This document shows, in pieces, positions 41,374 to 54,391 of a stretch of DNA of 64,000 nucleotides (position 1 is its first letter; each line of letters begins with the position of its first letter). This stretch comes from Eledone cirrhosa (taxonomy: Eukaryota), in the NCBI GenBank assembly GCA_964016885.1, contig OZ024743.1, forward strand, positions 96,596,001-96,660,000, in the 5' to 3' direction. The position numbers and the translations under genes were made by a program. Under the pieces are notes generated by a model. That model was not told where the DNA came from, made no database searches, and was given only the letters and a program-made list of their open reading frames with translations.

Positions 41374-41595
41374 CCCTTTAGTATTTACGTTACTCTATTA
41401 TATACTATTGTATTTTTGTAATAAATGCTTTATCTTACATAATTATCTCACATAATATCGAATCTACGATATTTTGATGTTATTTATTTTGAGGACAATA
41501 CCTTAACATCAGTATGAGCAGTCAGTTATGGCCAGTTTAGACAGAAAAGGGTGAGATAATTCTGGCCGGATATGGCTGGTTTAAATGTTAAAAGG
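41374..41595 (+). mobile_element. TTAA MITE family A
   Basis: Body matches 9201-9417. Termini are slightly eroded. Confidence 0.8.
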
Positions 41596-42968
41596 TTAAA
41601 CATATTTCATGAGAGATTAAGTTGCTAGAATACTGACCACAAAGTCATAGGTTCAAATTATTTTATAACCATTGTTATTTTTACCCTCTCAAGTAACTTT
41701 GCTTCTTCCTTCCTTGTTCTCTGGATCTGACTTTCACACCAACCAGTGATGTCACAGTAGTTATCTCATGACTTAACCCTTTCATTACCATATTTTTAAT
41801 GAATGACTCTCTTTCTTAATTTTCAAATAATCAAGAATTTGGAGGGATTTAGTAATGCTTTGTCATTTTTAAAACTGCCGTTTGGAGCACAGCTCCACAA
41901 AATTCTTTTATAAAATCATGATGGAAGGGTTTTTGATGAATATAAATTTAATATCTTAGGATCAGGGGCAGACTCTGGAAATTTAGTATTAAAAGGGACC
42001 ATGTTGACATTTTTATTTGCATGCATTTAATTTGCATATTTGTATTATTGGTGCAATGTCTCTGCTCCATATATGGAGACAATAGGTTCTACTATTACCT
42101 TATAAGTGAGTATGATTTTATTACTATAGTTGGTTATTATCTAATCTAATAGACTCTCATGTCTTTTGTAAAACATCAGATGGGTGTTGCTACATTGAAC
42201 AGAATGGTGAATGCATTATTACTCTGGGAGATAGTGTGAGTGATATGCTGTAAGAACCAGTCCAACTCAAAAGGGCTTGTTCTTCAAGATGGTCCTCTCC
42301 ATTCCAATCACACAAAGTAGGGACATTTTTCAATGATAAACCTATTGGAGAGCCACCAGAATTTAGTTAGCTTGCACTCTTTGGCCTCTTGCACAAAGGA
42401 GTCTGGATCTGATGCTAGTAGAACGGACATCAAACTGCAAAAAGGAGTTGATATTATAAACAAAAACAACCCACATATTATACAAGCATGAATAAAAATC
42501 ACTTGCAAAAAAAAAACAAAATACAAAATATTTTATTTTTATCAAGAGATTGCTGGAACCAAACTTAACTGGAGTTAAAACTGAACAAATTAAATGAACC
42601 TGTTTAACAAAAACAAACTAAAAATGAAGATATAGTGAATTGTGAATTAATACATTCTTAATTAAGCTTTTGTTGATCGAGAATTAAATTAACGATAGTA
42701 TTCATGCCACTAAAAGCAAATCTGCTGATTTTAAAATGAAGGTGTTTCAGTATAAATCTTTAAATTCATCTTATCAATTAAAACGTCTGCTTAATTTAAA
42801 ATGAATTGGAAATGTATTTTATTCTTATATACCTAGAGGTAAGAAATTGACTCAAGATCGAAATTAAATATTTTTTTCATCATTAGATTCAATGAAATGT
42901 ATTTCTTCTTAAATCAAATATAAGTATTCCTGTTATCTTCTCTAATAAACAACATTTGACTTTTACAG

Positions 42969-43065
42969 ATGGAAAGTATCTTGGACCGTATGCAAGATGA
43001 AAATACTGGAGTACCTGTGAAAACTGTAAAAAGTTTCATGTCGAAAGTCCCCAGTGTTTTTACAG
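42969..43065 (+). CDS. RGS7: Internal coding exon of an R7-family regulator of G-protein signalling (RGS7/RGS6/EGL-10-like), start of the DEP domain
   Basis: ttttacag|ATG...ACAG|gtatgt, 97 nt, phase 0/1. Translates to [32 protein letters not shown](G), against recalled vertebrate RGS7 [33 protein letters not shown]. The symbol is family-level only. Confidence 0.92.
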
Positions 43066-43157
43066 GTATGTAACAATATTTTGTTTCTTTTTTTTCGTTA
43101 TTCAGCTACAATGAGTCATTTGTTGGTAAGACAGTGCAAAATAAATTGTGTCAATGA

Positions 43158-43480
43158 GGCACTCTGTCGATTACGGCAAGTGGTTCAGTTGATCCAATCA
43201 ACAGGATAGCCTGCTCATGAAATTAATGTGCAAGTGGCTGAGTATTCCACAGACACACATACCATTTACGTAGTTCTCAGGGAGATTCAGTGTGACATAG
43301 TGTGTAACAAGGCTGGTCCTTTGCACTACACATACAATTCATTTTTGCCGGCTGAGTGAACTGGAGCAATGTGAAATAAAGTGTCTTGCTCAAGGACACA
43401 ATGTGTCACCGGTAATCGAACTTGTGACCTTACGATTGTGAGCTAAATACCCTAACCACAAAACCACATGCCTTCACCCT
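43158..43480 (-). mobile_element. tRNA/CORE-like SINE with an alternative tail
   Basis: Head and core match 32880-33000 (CAAGACACTTTATTTCACATTGCTCCAGT). The tail matches 7685-7850. Confidence 0.8.
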
Positions 43481-44240
43481 GTGTTAATAAAGTGAAGTAA
43501 CTACAGCTGAGAAGTGACACTAATCTTATATATTCAACTTTCTATTCCATATTAATTATGTTTATTATTAGAGAAAAGCAGAGGAATCTAGAGAACTGTA
43601 AATGTCTACCACAAGTGATGCCTCAGGACCATGGTAAAAATATCATGGCTTGACCAGATCATGAATGAATAGGTCTTGGAAAGGTTCGGGCTGAGCAATC
43701 TATGGGATACCATTACCGTAAGATGGTAGTTGTTCAGCCATGTACTATAAATGTTCACAAACAAATCAGTTAGAACCTCTCTTGAGTTAATACCAGACAG
43801 ATATTTCAAAGGACCAGGTAGGCATTGCTCTGGCGGGCATGAGCCTGGTAGAATATGGACAATTTCAGGTAATCATGAACTTGGTAGGCATGGGCTTGAC
43901 AGGATATAGGTCTGGCAGAATATGGGCTTATAATGGCTCACAATCATGATGTATAGCAATCGCACGATATTCAATGATCCATAGAGAACTAGAAAAGCTA
44001 ACTGTTAGCAGTTATACTTTAGGGTTTCTTGTACTATATCCCAGCTAGCATTTTGTAATTCCTTTTCCAGTGCCTTCCTTTAACAGTCTTTCATGCCACA
44101 GGTGCATTTTATTCAGGCAGCTTTGGGATAAATCATCTGAGTATTTTCTGATTGAGTGGAATTTGTACGAACTTCTAAGTAACAATGGGTTGATTCATCA
44201 ATTGATTCATGATATGTGTGTGTATATAGAGCTATTAATT

Positions 44241-44440
44241 ATGTGATAAACAACACAAGACAATTATTCCATTTACCAGAGGTTTCAAGAAGACAGACAA
44301 GCTCAACACAGACGTCTGAAATTGCTCATCAGAATGAACATTTCATTCTGGTGAGCGATTTCAGACGTCTCTGTTGAGCTTGTCTGTCTTCATGAAACCT
44401 TTGGTAAATGGAATAATTGTCTTATGTTGTTTATTACATA
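44241..44440. repeat. Fold-back (~98-bp arms, 3-nt loop) with a degenerate hammerhead-like motif
   Basis: 44241-44338 vs 44342-44440. Minus strand reads TTCATT-CTGATGA...GAAA-CCTCTGG-TA-AATGGAA, with weak stem II. Confidence 0.85.
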
Positions 44441-46115
44441 TGTGTGTGTATATATATATATACACACACACACAGATATATATATATATCATTTAGGTTT
44501 GTAGTCACAATTATGTTGTCACAATTATGAGCAACACATCGTTACCAGCGTATTCTGGCAATGCTAAATTGTGGTTTGCCCAGCTAGATTCGTATTTTGC
44601 TGCCAACGGAGTACAGGCAGCACAGTAAAAACTACATGTGCTAATCAGTGGAATTTGCACTTCGCTGGCAACTACAGCAAAGGACATCCTCGCAGATCCT
44701 CCACAAAGCACCTCCCACGAGTCTCTGAAGACAGAGGTACTGCGTAGGGGGACAGTAGGTCGTCTGAGAGTAGATTCCGATCCTTATTAGAAGATGAAAA
44801 TCTGGGGGACAGAACTCCTTCAGAGTTTTTACGGCGTATCCGAGAACTCAGGGATGCTGTGCCTGAAGACAGTTCCTTTGTAAAGAAGTTATTCTTCTCC
44901 CAATTGCCAACCAATGTGCAAACCTTATTGGCGAATACGGTTGACACCAGTTCTATAGAACAAATTGCTGCCTTTGCGGACAGAATTATGGAATTTTGTA
45001 GGGAACCTACCTCGGCTGATTCAGTCATTGCCTCTACTATTCTTAAAGAATAGCCTTCCTCACCTAGTGAGGAAGCCATGTTGAGAGCTATTGACGGGTT
45101 AACACGTCAAGTAGCTAAACTGTGTCGTGATCGAGCGCCACCTAGGTGGTATTCACAAAGTCAGTCTTTTTCTTCTCATCGACGTACCAACTCCCCCGCC
45201 AACAGTTCTTCTTTGTGTTGGTACGATGCCCGTTTCCATGATAAGGCACAACATTATATTAAGCCCTGCTCTTTTGGGGCATCGGAAAACTAAGTTTGGA
45301 GAGTCTGAGCATGGCAGACCTCTCCCTTAACATTTCACCTTATCGTGCTTTCTTCATCAGAGACCGAGTCTCAAACAAGTCATGGTCGACACAGGATCAA
45401 GTTGCTGTATTTGGCCCTTACAGTTCAGCTCTACCAAGCCAACTTTTTCCGGCATTTCTTTGTATACAGTGAACCAGTCTCCTATAAAAACCTATGGACA
45501 GATATCTTTATCATTGGACCTAGCTTTTCGTCGAGATTTTAAATGGATTTTCTTCATTGCCGACCTACCTCATCCTATTCTCGGCGCGGATTTCTTACAC
45601 CACTATTCACTTTTGATAGATGTCAGGAAACAGAAACTTGTGGATAGTACCACATCCTTATCTACGCCTACTCGTAAATCTACTGCTGCTTCTGTCAGTC
45701 CGTTGTTTTTTTGTGGCTGCCGCTGGAAACCAGTTTAATGCACTCCTTACTTCGTTTCCCGAGTTAATGGATATTTCATTTAAACTTACCCAGGCAGTCC
45801 ATTTGGCTCAACACTTCATTACAACGACTGGTCCACCTGTTTTCTCTCATCCATGAAGGTTGGCTCTGGATAGACTAAAAAAAGCCCGAGACGAGTTTGA
45901 GCACATGCTCCAGCTCGGTCTTATACGACCTTCCACCAGCCAATGGCCATATCCACTGCATTTGGCTCAAAAGGGTGAGACGGATTTTAGACCGGTAGGA
46001 GATCACCACACCTGATCGTTATCATTTACCCAACTTACAGGATTTTTCATCTGTTCTGCATGGATGCACAATATTTTTCAAAATAGATCTAGTACGTGTA
46101 TACCACCAGATACCC

Positions 46116-46985
46116 ATGAATCCAGAAGATATACCAAAGACAGCCATGACCACCTCCTTTGGTTCATTTGAATTCCTGTCCATGCCTTTTAGCTTGCGGA
46201 ATGCCTCTAGTACGTTCCAACGTTTTATCGATGAAGTCATGCGTGGATTGGATTTTGTGTTTGCTTATGTGGATGACCTCCTAATAGCCAGTGACTCAGC
46301 TGAACATCATCATCAACATCTATCTCAGTTATTTCAACATCTTCAATCTTACCAGGTCAGAATCAACCCAGCTAAATGTGTGTTTGGTACAGATTCACTG
46401 GAATTTCTAGGACATCTTATAGATTCAGAAGGCATTCGACCTTTGCCATCTAAGGTGGAAGCGATTCAGCGAATCGCACCTCCCACCTCATTGAGGCAGT
46501 TACATCATTTCTTAGGATTAATCAACTTTTATCGTCGTTTCATCCCTAACTGTGTAGACAAGTTGTTTCCCTTGACACAGTTTTTAAAGGCGGCGAAAAA
46601 GAAAGATGCTCCCATTTTACTTTCTGCCGATGATTTGCAATCTTTAGAATCCGTCAAGTCCAAAATAGTTAAAGTTTCCTTCCTGGCTCATCCTTTTGCG
46701 AATGCGAGGCTATCCTTAACTGTCGATGCGTCCGACCATGCTGTCGGAGCAGTCTTGCAACATACAATCAACCACCAGTTTCAACTACTGGCGTTTTTCT
46801 CACGCCAACTAAAACTAGCAGAGCAACTTTACAGTACTTTTGAGAGAGAGCTTTTAGCAGTTTATCTTGCTGTGAGACACTTCCACCATCTTCTTGAAGG
46901 TCGGGAGTTCACGGTATTCACAGACCATAAATCACTCACATTCGCTCCTCAATCTCGGTTCGACAGATACTCTCCGAGGGCATAG
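46116..46985 (+). pseudogene. Gypsy pol: RT/RNase H fragment
   Basis: [50 protein letters not shown]. Confidence 0.92.
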
Positions 46986-47333
46986 AGGCATTTGGATTTC
47001 ATCAACCAGTACACCAGTGACATTCGTCATATAGCTGGAGCTGCCAATGTACCCGCGGACGCATTATCTCGACTTTCTGTGTGTGCCCTTGCGTCTCCTG
47101 AACATATGGATTTGGTTGCCATTGCGACTGAACAACCTTCTTTGGATTCTCTGGATACTTCTTCTACCCAATTTTCCTGCTGTAAATTTTAATATTTACC
47201 TCTTCCGTCTGCTGAAGGGAAAATTCTTTGCGACATTTCTACTGGCTCACCCAGACCACTTGTTCCAGTTTGTCATCAGCGTACCATTTTTGATGCACTT
47301 CATTCCTTTTCGCATCCCGGCATAGCTGCCACG

Positions 47334-48209
47334 GTGAAGCTCATCACAGCCCGATTCTTCTGGCCTAACATGCGTCATTTAATCAGCGGTTGGGCACGTT
47401 CTCGTTTGCAGTGTCAGCGCTCTAAGGTTCATCGGCATGTTCGCGCTCCTCTTGGTAAATTCAGCTCGCCGGACGCTCGTTTCCATCACATTCACATGGA
47501 TATTGTTGGTCCTTGGGCCGTGAGTCATGGGTTCACATATATATTGACCTGTATCGATCGTTTCTCTCGGTGGCCTGAAACCATACCCCTAGTGGACATA
47601 ACAGCCGAGTCCGTTGCCCATGCTTTCATTTCCAATTGGGTTGCTCGCTTTGGTGTTCCTTCTAAAATAACCACAGATTGGGGACGCCAGTTCGAGGCTT
47701 CCTTATTTTGTGAAATATCACGACTTTTGGGTGCTCATCACATTCATATGACCAGCTATCACCTAGCCTTCAACGGAATGGTGGAGAGGTTTCACAGACA
47801 GTTGAAAGCTGCACTCCGCGCTACTCCTGATCCGCATCGTTGGACCAAATTTTTGCCAATCGTGCTTCTTGGTTGTCGTTCTGCTGTTAAGACAGATTTG
47901 GGTTTCTCCTCAGCTGAACTTCTTTACAGTACCACGTTGACTCTTCCCAGTCAAATGCTAGCACCGGTTGATTCATCGCTTCTTGATCCAACATATGTCA
48001 CCAGGATTCGTTTTTACTTTTTGGATCTTCCACTAATGAACCCTCGTGACCAGTCTATTTCTTCTGCTGTTCCATCGGACATCTCTACGTGGACACACAT
48101 TTTTATACGGAATAATTTCGTCAAGAGACTGCTTACGTCACCCTATAATGGACCTTTTCGTGTGCTTTTGCACACACCCAAACATATCACAGTGGCGGTC
48201 AATGGTTGA
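47334..48209 (+). pseudogene. Gypsy pol: integrase fragment
   Basis: HMDIVGP, IDRFSRW, ITTDWGRQF, NGMVERFHR (DDE) and GPF motif. Confidence 0.92.
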
Positions 48210-48799
48210 AAAGAGACAATATCCATTGACAGAGCAAAGACGGCTTTCTCTGAAAGTCTCATTACAATGCCTGACACACTTCGTACATTCACTCCCACCA
48301 ACACCTTCACCTCCACCACAAACACCACATACCACACAACCTTATGTCACACGGGGTGGCAGAACAGTAAAATGGCCACATAAATTGTCAAAAACTATAT
48401 ACATTTAACCCCTGGTGGCATTAACAAACTCTTTTCAGGTTCAGATAGAATTAGTGTCAGAAAAGTCTGTACACTGGTGATGTATGAATTATTTGATTTT
48501 GAAGAAACTTTGAACTTACCATTGAGCATTAATTTTTCTCTGCTCCTTTATGTTAACTTTGAGTTATCAGTTTTGTTACATTTACATTTTTTCTGCATCA
48601 TCCTTGTGCAGCAAAAAATGTTTTCTTTGTAAAATGCATTTACTTGTTTTGTGCTTTTTTTTTGCTATTTGCTTCAGTTGCGAGCTCATGTTTTATACAT
48701 GCACTTTCTTGTACCTTTGCTTTGCTCCTCATTTGTTACGGGTTCTTGCATCAATGACCTTTGGTTGGTTATTCGACTTCTCGTCTGAGAGGGGGGACT

Positions 48800-49122
48800 T
48801 GTAGCACTCTCTAGATAAAGGAAAGTAGCTAGAGTTACTTCCCGTAGAATTTTTAGAACATTCCTTGGACTTCCGTTCCAGGTATTATAAAAGAAAGAGC
48901 AAAGGGCAATCTTCCTCTCTCTTAGGCAGCGGGCTCTTGAACTGACCACACTGAGCACAAATATGTTAAGCCTTTTCCAATCCTATCTTGCATTTCAGGA
49001 TTACATTTCTATCACTTCACAAGGTATGTTTTATAACCAATTTGTAATGCACACACCACAATAAAAATGCAAATTGTTATTGATACTTGTTTGAGATATT
49101 CGTCATGTTTCACTTTATTACG
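48800..49122 (+). repeat. Putative 3' LTR
   Basis: TGTAG directly after the PPT, TATAAAA at about 48886, AATAAA at about 49060. The right end is uncertain. Confidence 0.6.
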
Positions 49123-49994
49123 TTGAATGTAGAGAGGTAATTCTAACCATAAAAAATCATGTAAAAATTCTTCTATATCTTCTTTCGAATTAAATTAGTG
49201 GTTGGCATGCAGTGGTATTTACCAGAGTAAATAACCGAATGACCAACCCACTAAAAGTCAATAGATAGATTTTATAGGTAAAGCCAACTGGCAGAAGACC
49301 CAGAGCAAGATGCTTGGATAACATCTATGTGCTCAGTTGATCTCAATAGGGGATCCAGCTGGATCAATTGGAGATGATTGTTTCTGATAGGACCCTTTGG
49401 AAGGTATGATTAAGGGCTCTGTCCCCACAATCTTCCCAGGAATAAGTTGGCAAAGAAGAAAAGAAAAAGAAGATTGTAAATGTGAGTAAAATGGAAGTGG
49501 GACTTATATACAGATACAACTCATACATGGGTATATACAGTATATATATATACATGGGTATATACAGTATATATATATATGTGTGTTTATACATTTTATT
49601 TTATTTTTATCTGTTTTTGTTACATTCTATTAGATAAATCGCAGTCAATGAAGAATCCATTCATTCAAGGGCCCTGAATTCCTGGTGGAGTTGTAGGGTT
49701 ACCATCATGACATACAGAATTTCTTAGATATTTAAACCTGGTGGAGCCCATCCCTCTCCAGTTCTGTATACAGCTGATTTCTTCTGGAGAGAGAGGGAGA
49801 GAGAAGTAAAATAGAAGAAAAATGAACTCTGATAGTTTATTTGTTGATCTCAAATTGTGAAAGGCAAAGTTGAACCCAGGGAGCAGGGAGTTGGATTGAA
49901 TACGGTAAAACATTCAAACCAACATTCTAATGACTGCCAGTTTTCTGGCTCTTAGTGGAGTGTGTGACTTGCTCAAGGGCATGACACAATGACT

Positions 49995-50181
49995 GATAAT
50001 AATTGTTTCTACTTTTGGCACAAGGCCAGCAATTATCACAGTGCATTACTGGTACTTTATTTTATCGACCCCATAAGGATGAAAGGCAAAGTTAACCTCG
50101 GCGAGATTTGAACTCAAAACGTAAAGGGCCATAACTTTATGCTGTAAAGCATGGTGTCTGACACTCTACCGATACTGCCGA
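49995..50181 (-). mobile_element. SINE family A
   Basis: A/B boxes, core and tail as in the other copies. Confidence 0.88.
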
Positions 50182-50949
50182 AGACATTATAGGCAATAGA
50201 ACAATTACCTCAACTTCAAACAGACTTTATATGTACTTTGCTTTCATGTCATTCATCTCTGTGACTTTGTTCCCCTCCTCTTCTATTCACAATCAGTATC
50301 CCTTACAATCTAAGCTAATCTGTTTTGAATAACCAGTGTCTAATTATCGTTTACCAGGTACAAGCTAATAACAATTCAAATGCCTGCTTTCTAGTGATTT
50401 ATTGTCTAGTATCCACAACAGCAAGCCTATTATTATGGAACTGGAATGACGTAATATTTAGACACACTTCTAGATGTGTTGTTACTTGTCTAGTTTTACA
50501 TCGTATTACATCTGTGATTCTCTGGGAGTCAGTCTTTCATGTAACCTCAATTTATGGTATTATTAATTAAAGCAAAACTAAATAGAATTAGTTAAACAGG
50601 CTTAAAATACTACTACTACTGCTACTACTACTACTACTACTACTAATAATAATAATAATAATAATGATTTCTTTATTGGCCACAAGGGCTGACATCAAGA
50701 AAAACATCACAGACGGAACAGGACGGTACGATGTGGGTTTTGTGCGTGTAAATATTTTTATTATATATATAAGAAAAGAAAAAAGACATAAAACATATAT
50801 ATATATAAACAATAAAATGAAAATTGAAACAATGAAAAATTCCCCAATAGGGGGGAAACCTCCGAGGGTTACTCGTGGCGAAAACCACACAAAAGACCAC
50901 GGCCACCCTGACTACCAGGGCAAGCGCCCTCTCTCAATTTTTCCATCTC

Positions 50950-53900
50950 TCAAACTACAGACGTATATTTAGAGTTCACTCGGACCATTCTCGCTACATT
51001 CACCCACCTTTCAACAAACTTACTAGAAAGCAGCACTTGCCTCCCCACCCTGATTTTCCTCTTCAAGTGAAACTTGAAAAAATTAATCAGGGATTCGCCG
51101 AAGAGGAAAGTGTTTGTCTTTAACCCTTTTAACCTTGTCCACCACACAATCTCTTTCGCCATGGCCACCAGGCAGATGAAAACCGCCTGCCCTTCCTCCT
51201 CAAAGGAAGACGGCGAGACCATCTGCACAATGGACTCAGTCGACAACCGGATCAGTCCCACACATGACAGCAACTGTTCGACATAGCTCCACAAGTCAGC
51301 AATGCTCGGGCACTGAACGAGTGCGTGCACAACGGTTTCGTCGCTATGCGCGCATCTCGGACAGGCTCGGCTGACGGCACTTCCGTGCCTGTAGAGCTTA
51401 TCTCGAACCGGCAGCGCTCCCCGGTAGCACTGCCAGGCCAGGGATTTTTGGAAGTTATCCATAGGCCCCGGGCTGAAAGTTCTCCGGAAGAGAGCAAGCA
51501 GCTGATCTTCTTCGACGCCCAGGATCTCTCCGAGAACGGCGTCGCTCTTCCCCTCCACTAGTCCTCTATAGAGCGCCAAGGTGGATGTTCCACCGATACT
51601 GGTGCCCAACTGGGAGAGGGCAGTGAGCGCCTGGAGATATTCTAGTTTCCATGCGCTATCCCTCGGTCTTTTTCTGACCCAGGACTGCAGCTCCATCAAG
51701 GAGACGAGCTGTGGGAAAATGTGCCTGGCGAACGGCGACCACACCCATTCACCATCAAGGAAGCACCAGAGATGTCGCATACTCAGCGCATGTTTGCGCA
51801 TCATCAGCCATGGCATGCCCAGTCCTCCACGCAACGGGTGTTGACAGCAGATGGATCATCTGACCATGGGAGCGCGTCCCTTCCATAAAAAGCGGAAGAG
51901 GAGGCGCTCCATTTTGGTGGGAGTTGGGCCGGGGCAGGGACGACGGTGAGGCAGGGATGACGGATGCGATGTACGCATTCGCCACCTCCGCCCGGCCTTT
52001 CAGGGACAGCTTATTCTCAGCCCATTTCTGGGTGAGGGAGGCCACCCTGCTCGTCATCTCTTTCTAGTTATTCTCCATCTGGAGGTCCGGTCCGAACCAG
52101 ACCCTGAGCAATTTAACCGGTCCGTCCGTCCAACGCCCCACGACGCTGTCGGACGGCATGGACTTTCCTCTCCAGGTGCCTAGCTGCAAGCCCACCGACT
52201 TTTCCTGGTTTATCTTTGCTCCTGTCACTGCTTCGTATTCCTTGAGAGCGGTGCCGAGCATCTGGACGTGTCTGATGCTTGACACCACCACGGTGACGTC
52301 ATCAGCGTAAGCCGACTCGGATCTCCCGCATCCTAGTTCGCGTGGGACGCCCCTCATCGCCCCCAGTTTGTGCAGTAACGGCTCGAGAGCCAATACGTAC
52401 AAGAGGGACGAGAGGGGACAACCATGTCGGACTGAGCGCATAATGCTGAACGGCTGCGACAGGTGACCGTTCACCCTCACAACTGAGCAGATGTCGCTAT
52501 ACATTGCTGCGATCCAACGCCTGAAAACGGGCCCAAAACCGGCTGCCTCGAGGACCGCCGCCAGGTACCGATGGTCGACCCTATCGAATGCTTTGGATTG
52601 ATCCAAGTTGATCAGGGCCCCACCCTTGCCAGTTTCCTTAACCACCCTCTCTATGATGTATCGCATGAGGTGGAGGTTGTCGTGTATGGATCTGTCCGGA
52701 ATGGCGCTTGTCTGCGCCTCTCCCACCAGACCCTTGACGACAAGCGCCAACCTCGTTGCTAACACCTTGGCCAAAATCTTGAACTCTGCGTTTAGCAGGG
52801 TAATGGGCCTGAAATTATCAATAACATCCCCCTTGTTCGGGTCTTTTCTCAGCAGCGCCACTGCTCCCCGGCTCACAAAACTGGGAATGCTCCCATTCTG
52901 CTGCCAGTTGCAGTAGACGTCTGCCAAGAGGTCACCGAACAAGTCTGGCATAAATGCATAAAGCTCGTAGGGCAGACCATCTAAACCTGGCGATTTACCT
53001 CTTGTGCAGTTAGCCATCGCTTCCCGTATTTCACCGGCTGTTATTGGCTTTTCGCAACACTGTGCTGCGGTCGTCGAGAGCCGAGGCTTCCGTCGAGGTA
53101 TGCACTGAAGTCCATGCCCCGATCCGGGCCACCGCTGCTCCCGAACAGTTCAGCAAAGTGCTGCTGAAAAGCTTCACACATCCGCTCGGGTTCGAGCATC
53201 ACGCACCCGTTTTGGTCAGACAAAGACCGAATTGTGGCTTTATTGCCACGTCGCGCCTCTGCCACCCGGGCCCATTGGACGGCTTTTGTTCCCTCGTGTT
53301 TCAGAGCACGTGCTCTAGCTCTGACAATGCAGCCTTCGTGTTTTGCGTTGAAGAATTGGTCGAGTGCCAATCTCGCCGCAAGCACGTCGGTTGCGATGCC
53401 TGTCCTAAACGCCTCTTCTAGCTTTCTGACTAGCTCTCCCTCTACTCTATTTTCCTCTATCACTACTCCTTTGCTAAATCTAATCGACTCTACTTTAATT
53501 GCCCTTTTCAGGGCGAACCACCACCTGTTGTTGACGACCGCTCCCGTCAGTGCCCGCTTAACTTATACGCTAATCCGGTCTCTGTAGGCCTTGCGCGCCG
53601 GGAAAGACGCGTTCAGCTTCCAGTAACCAGGTCCTTGTCTATGAAGTCTGTCTATGTCAATCTCACAGATCACAAATTTGTGGTTTGTGTAGTCGACTAT
53701 TTTAAATTGTGGACAACTTATACTAGCCTTATCTAGTTCCCTGCAGAATACCCTATCTAGATACGATCTGGATGACCCGATGCGGTTTGTCCATGACCAC
53801 ATTGGCACATTCGGGTGATCCAGTCGATACCTGTCAGACAGTTCAAAACGTCTGAGCAGGTTGGTGAGGCTCTTGCACCCTCCTCTCCTATCCACTAGCC

Positions 53901-54359
53901 CCACACGATCCCAGCGTGCATACAAGATACCGTTCCAGTCGCCCACTAACACTAAAGAGCGGGACGTTCCAAGAAAGGTCTCTAGACGTCTGAAGAAATC
54001 TGGCCGTCCTGCCCCTGTTGGGGCGTAGACAGCTACTAGCCTGAAAGCATTGCCTTCGCTGCCGGTCACGTCCAGCACCACTGACTTACCTTCTGGGTCC
54101 AGGAAGATGGCCCGTATCGCGAGATCCAAGCCTCTCCGAAAACGGATGGCAACCCCTCCCCCGATCCTGGATGGCTGGGAGATGCGTATACATCGTAGCC
54201 GCCGAAGATCGGTGCGAAGGCCCGTGCCTCGGAGATTCTGGTTTCACTGATGGCCACCACATCTATGTTTAGTGACCTGAGGTCATTGAGCAGGTGACCC
54301 TGCTTCCAAGATGACCCCAGGCCATGTGCATTTATACTGCCTATTCTGAGTACAGCCAT
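50950..54359 (-). pseudogene. Tx1 ORF2 (APE-RT-zinc finger), broken into at least 6 frames
   Basis: Track ORFs 54066-54395, 53563-54129, 53041-53463, 52064-53017, 51755-52057 and 50950-51834 are collinear. ATG at 54359. Confidence 0.92.
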
Positions 54360-54391
54360 GTTGGATGAGAAACGGGGAAAATGAGAAAGGG

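Larger units (their letters stand above)
44490..49122 (+). mobile_element. Ty3/Gypsy LTR retrotransposon relic (5' LTR missing)
   Basis: gag-like LWFAQLDSYF, protease VDTGSS, RT YVDD, RNase H DAS/ERELLA/TDHK and integrase, in PR-RT-RH-INT order. Multiple stops and frameshifts. PPT GAGAGGGGGG precedes TG. Confidence 0.93.

Noticed and set aside
42190-42545. Possible transposase or exon fragment on the minus strand
   Set aside because: No recognisable motif and the frames are broken, so I cannot support a call.
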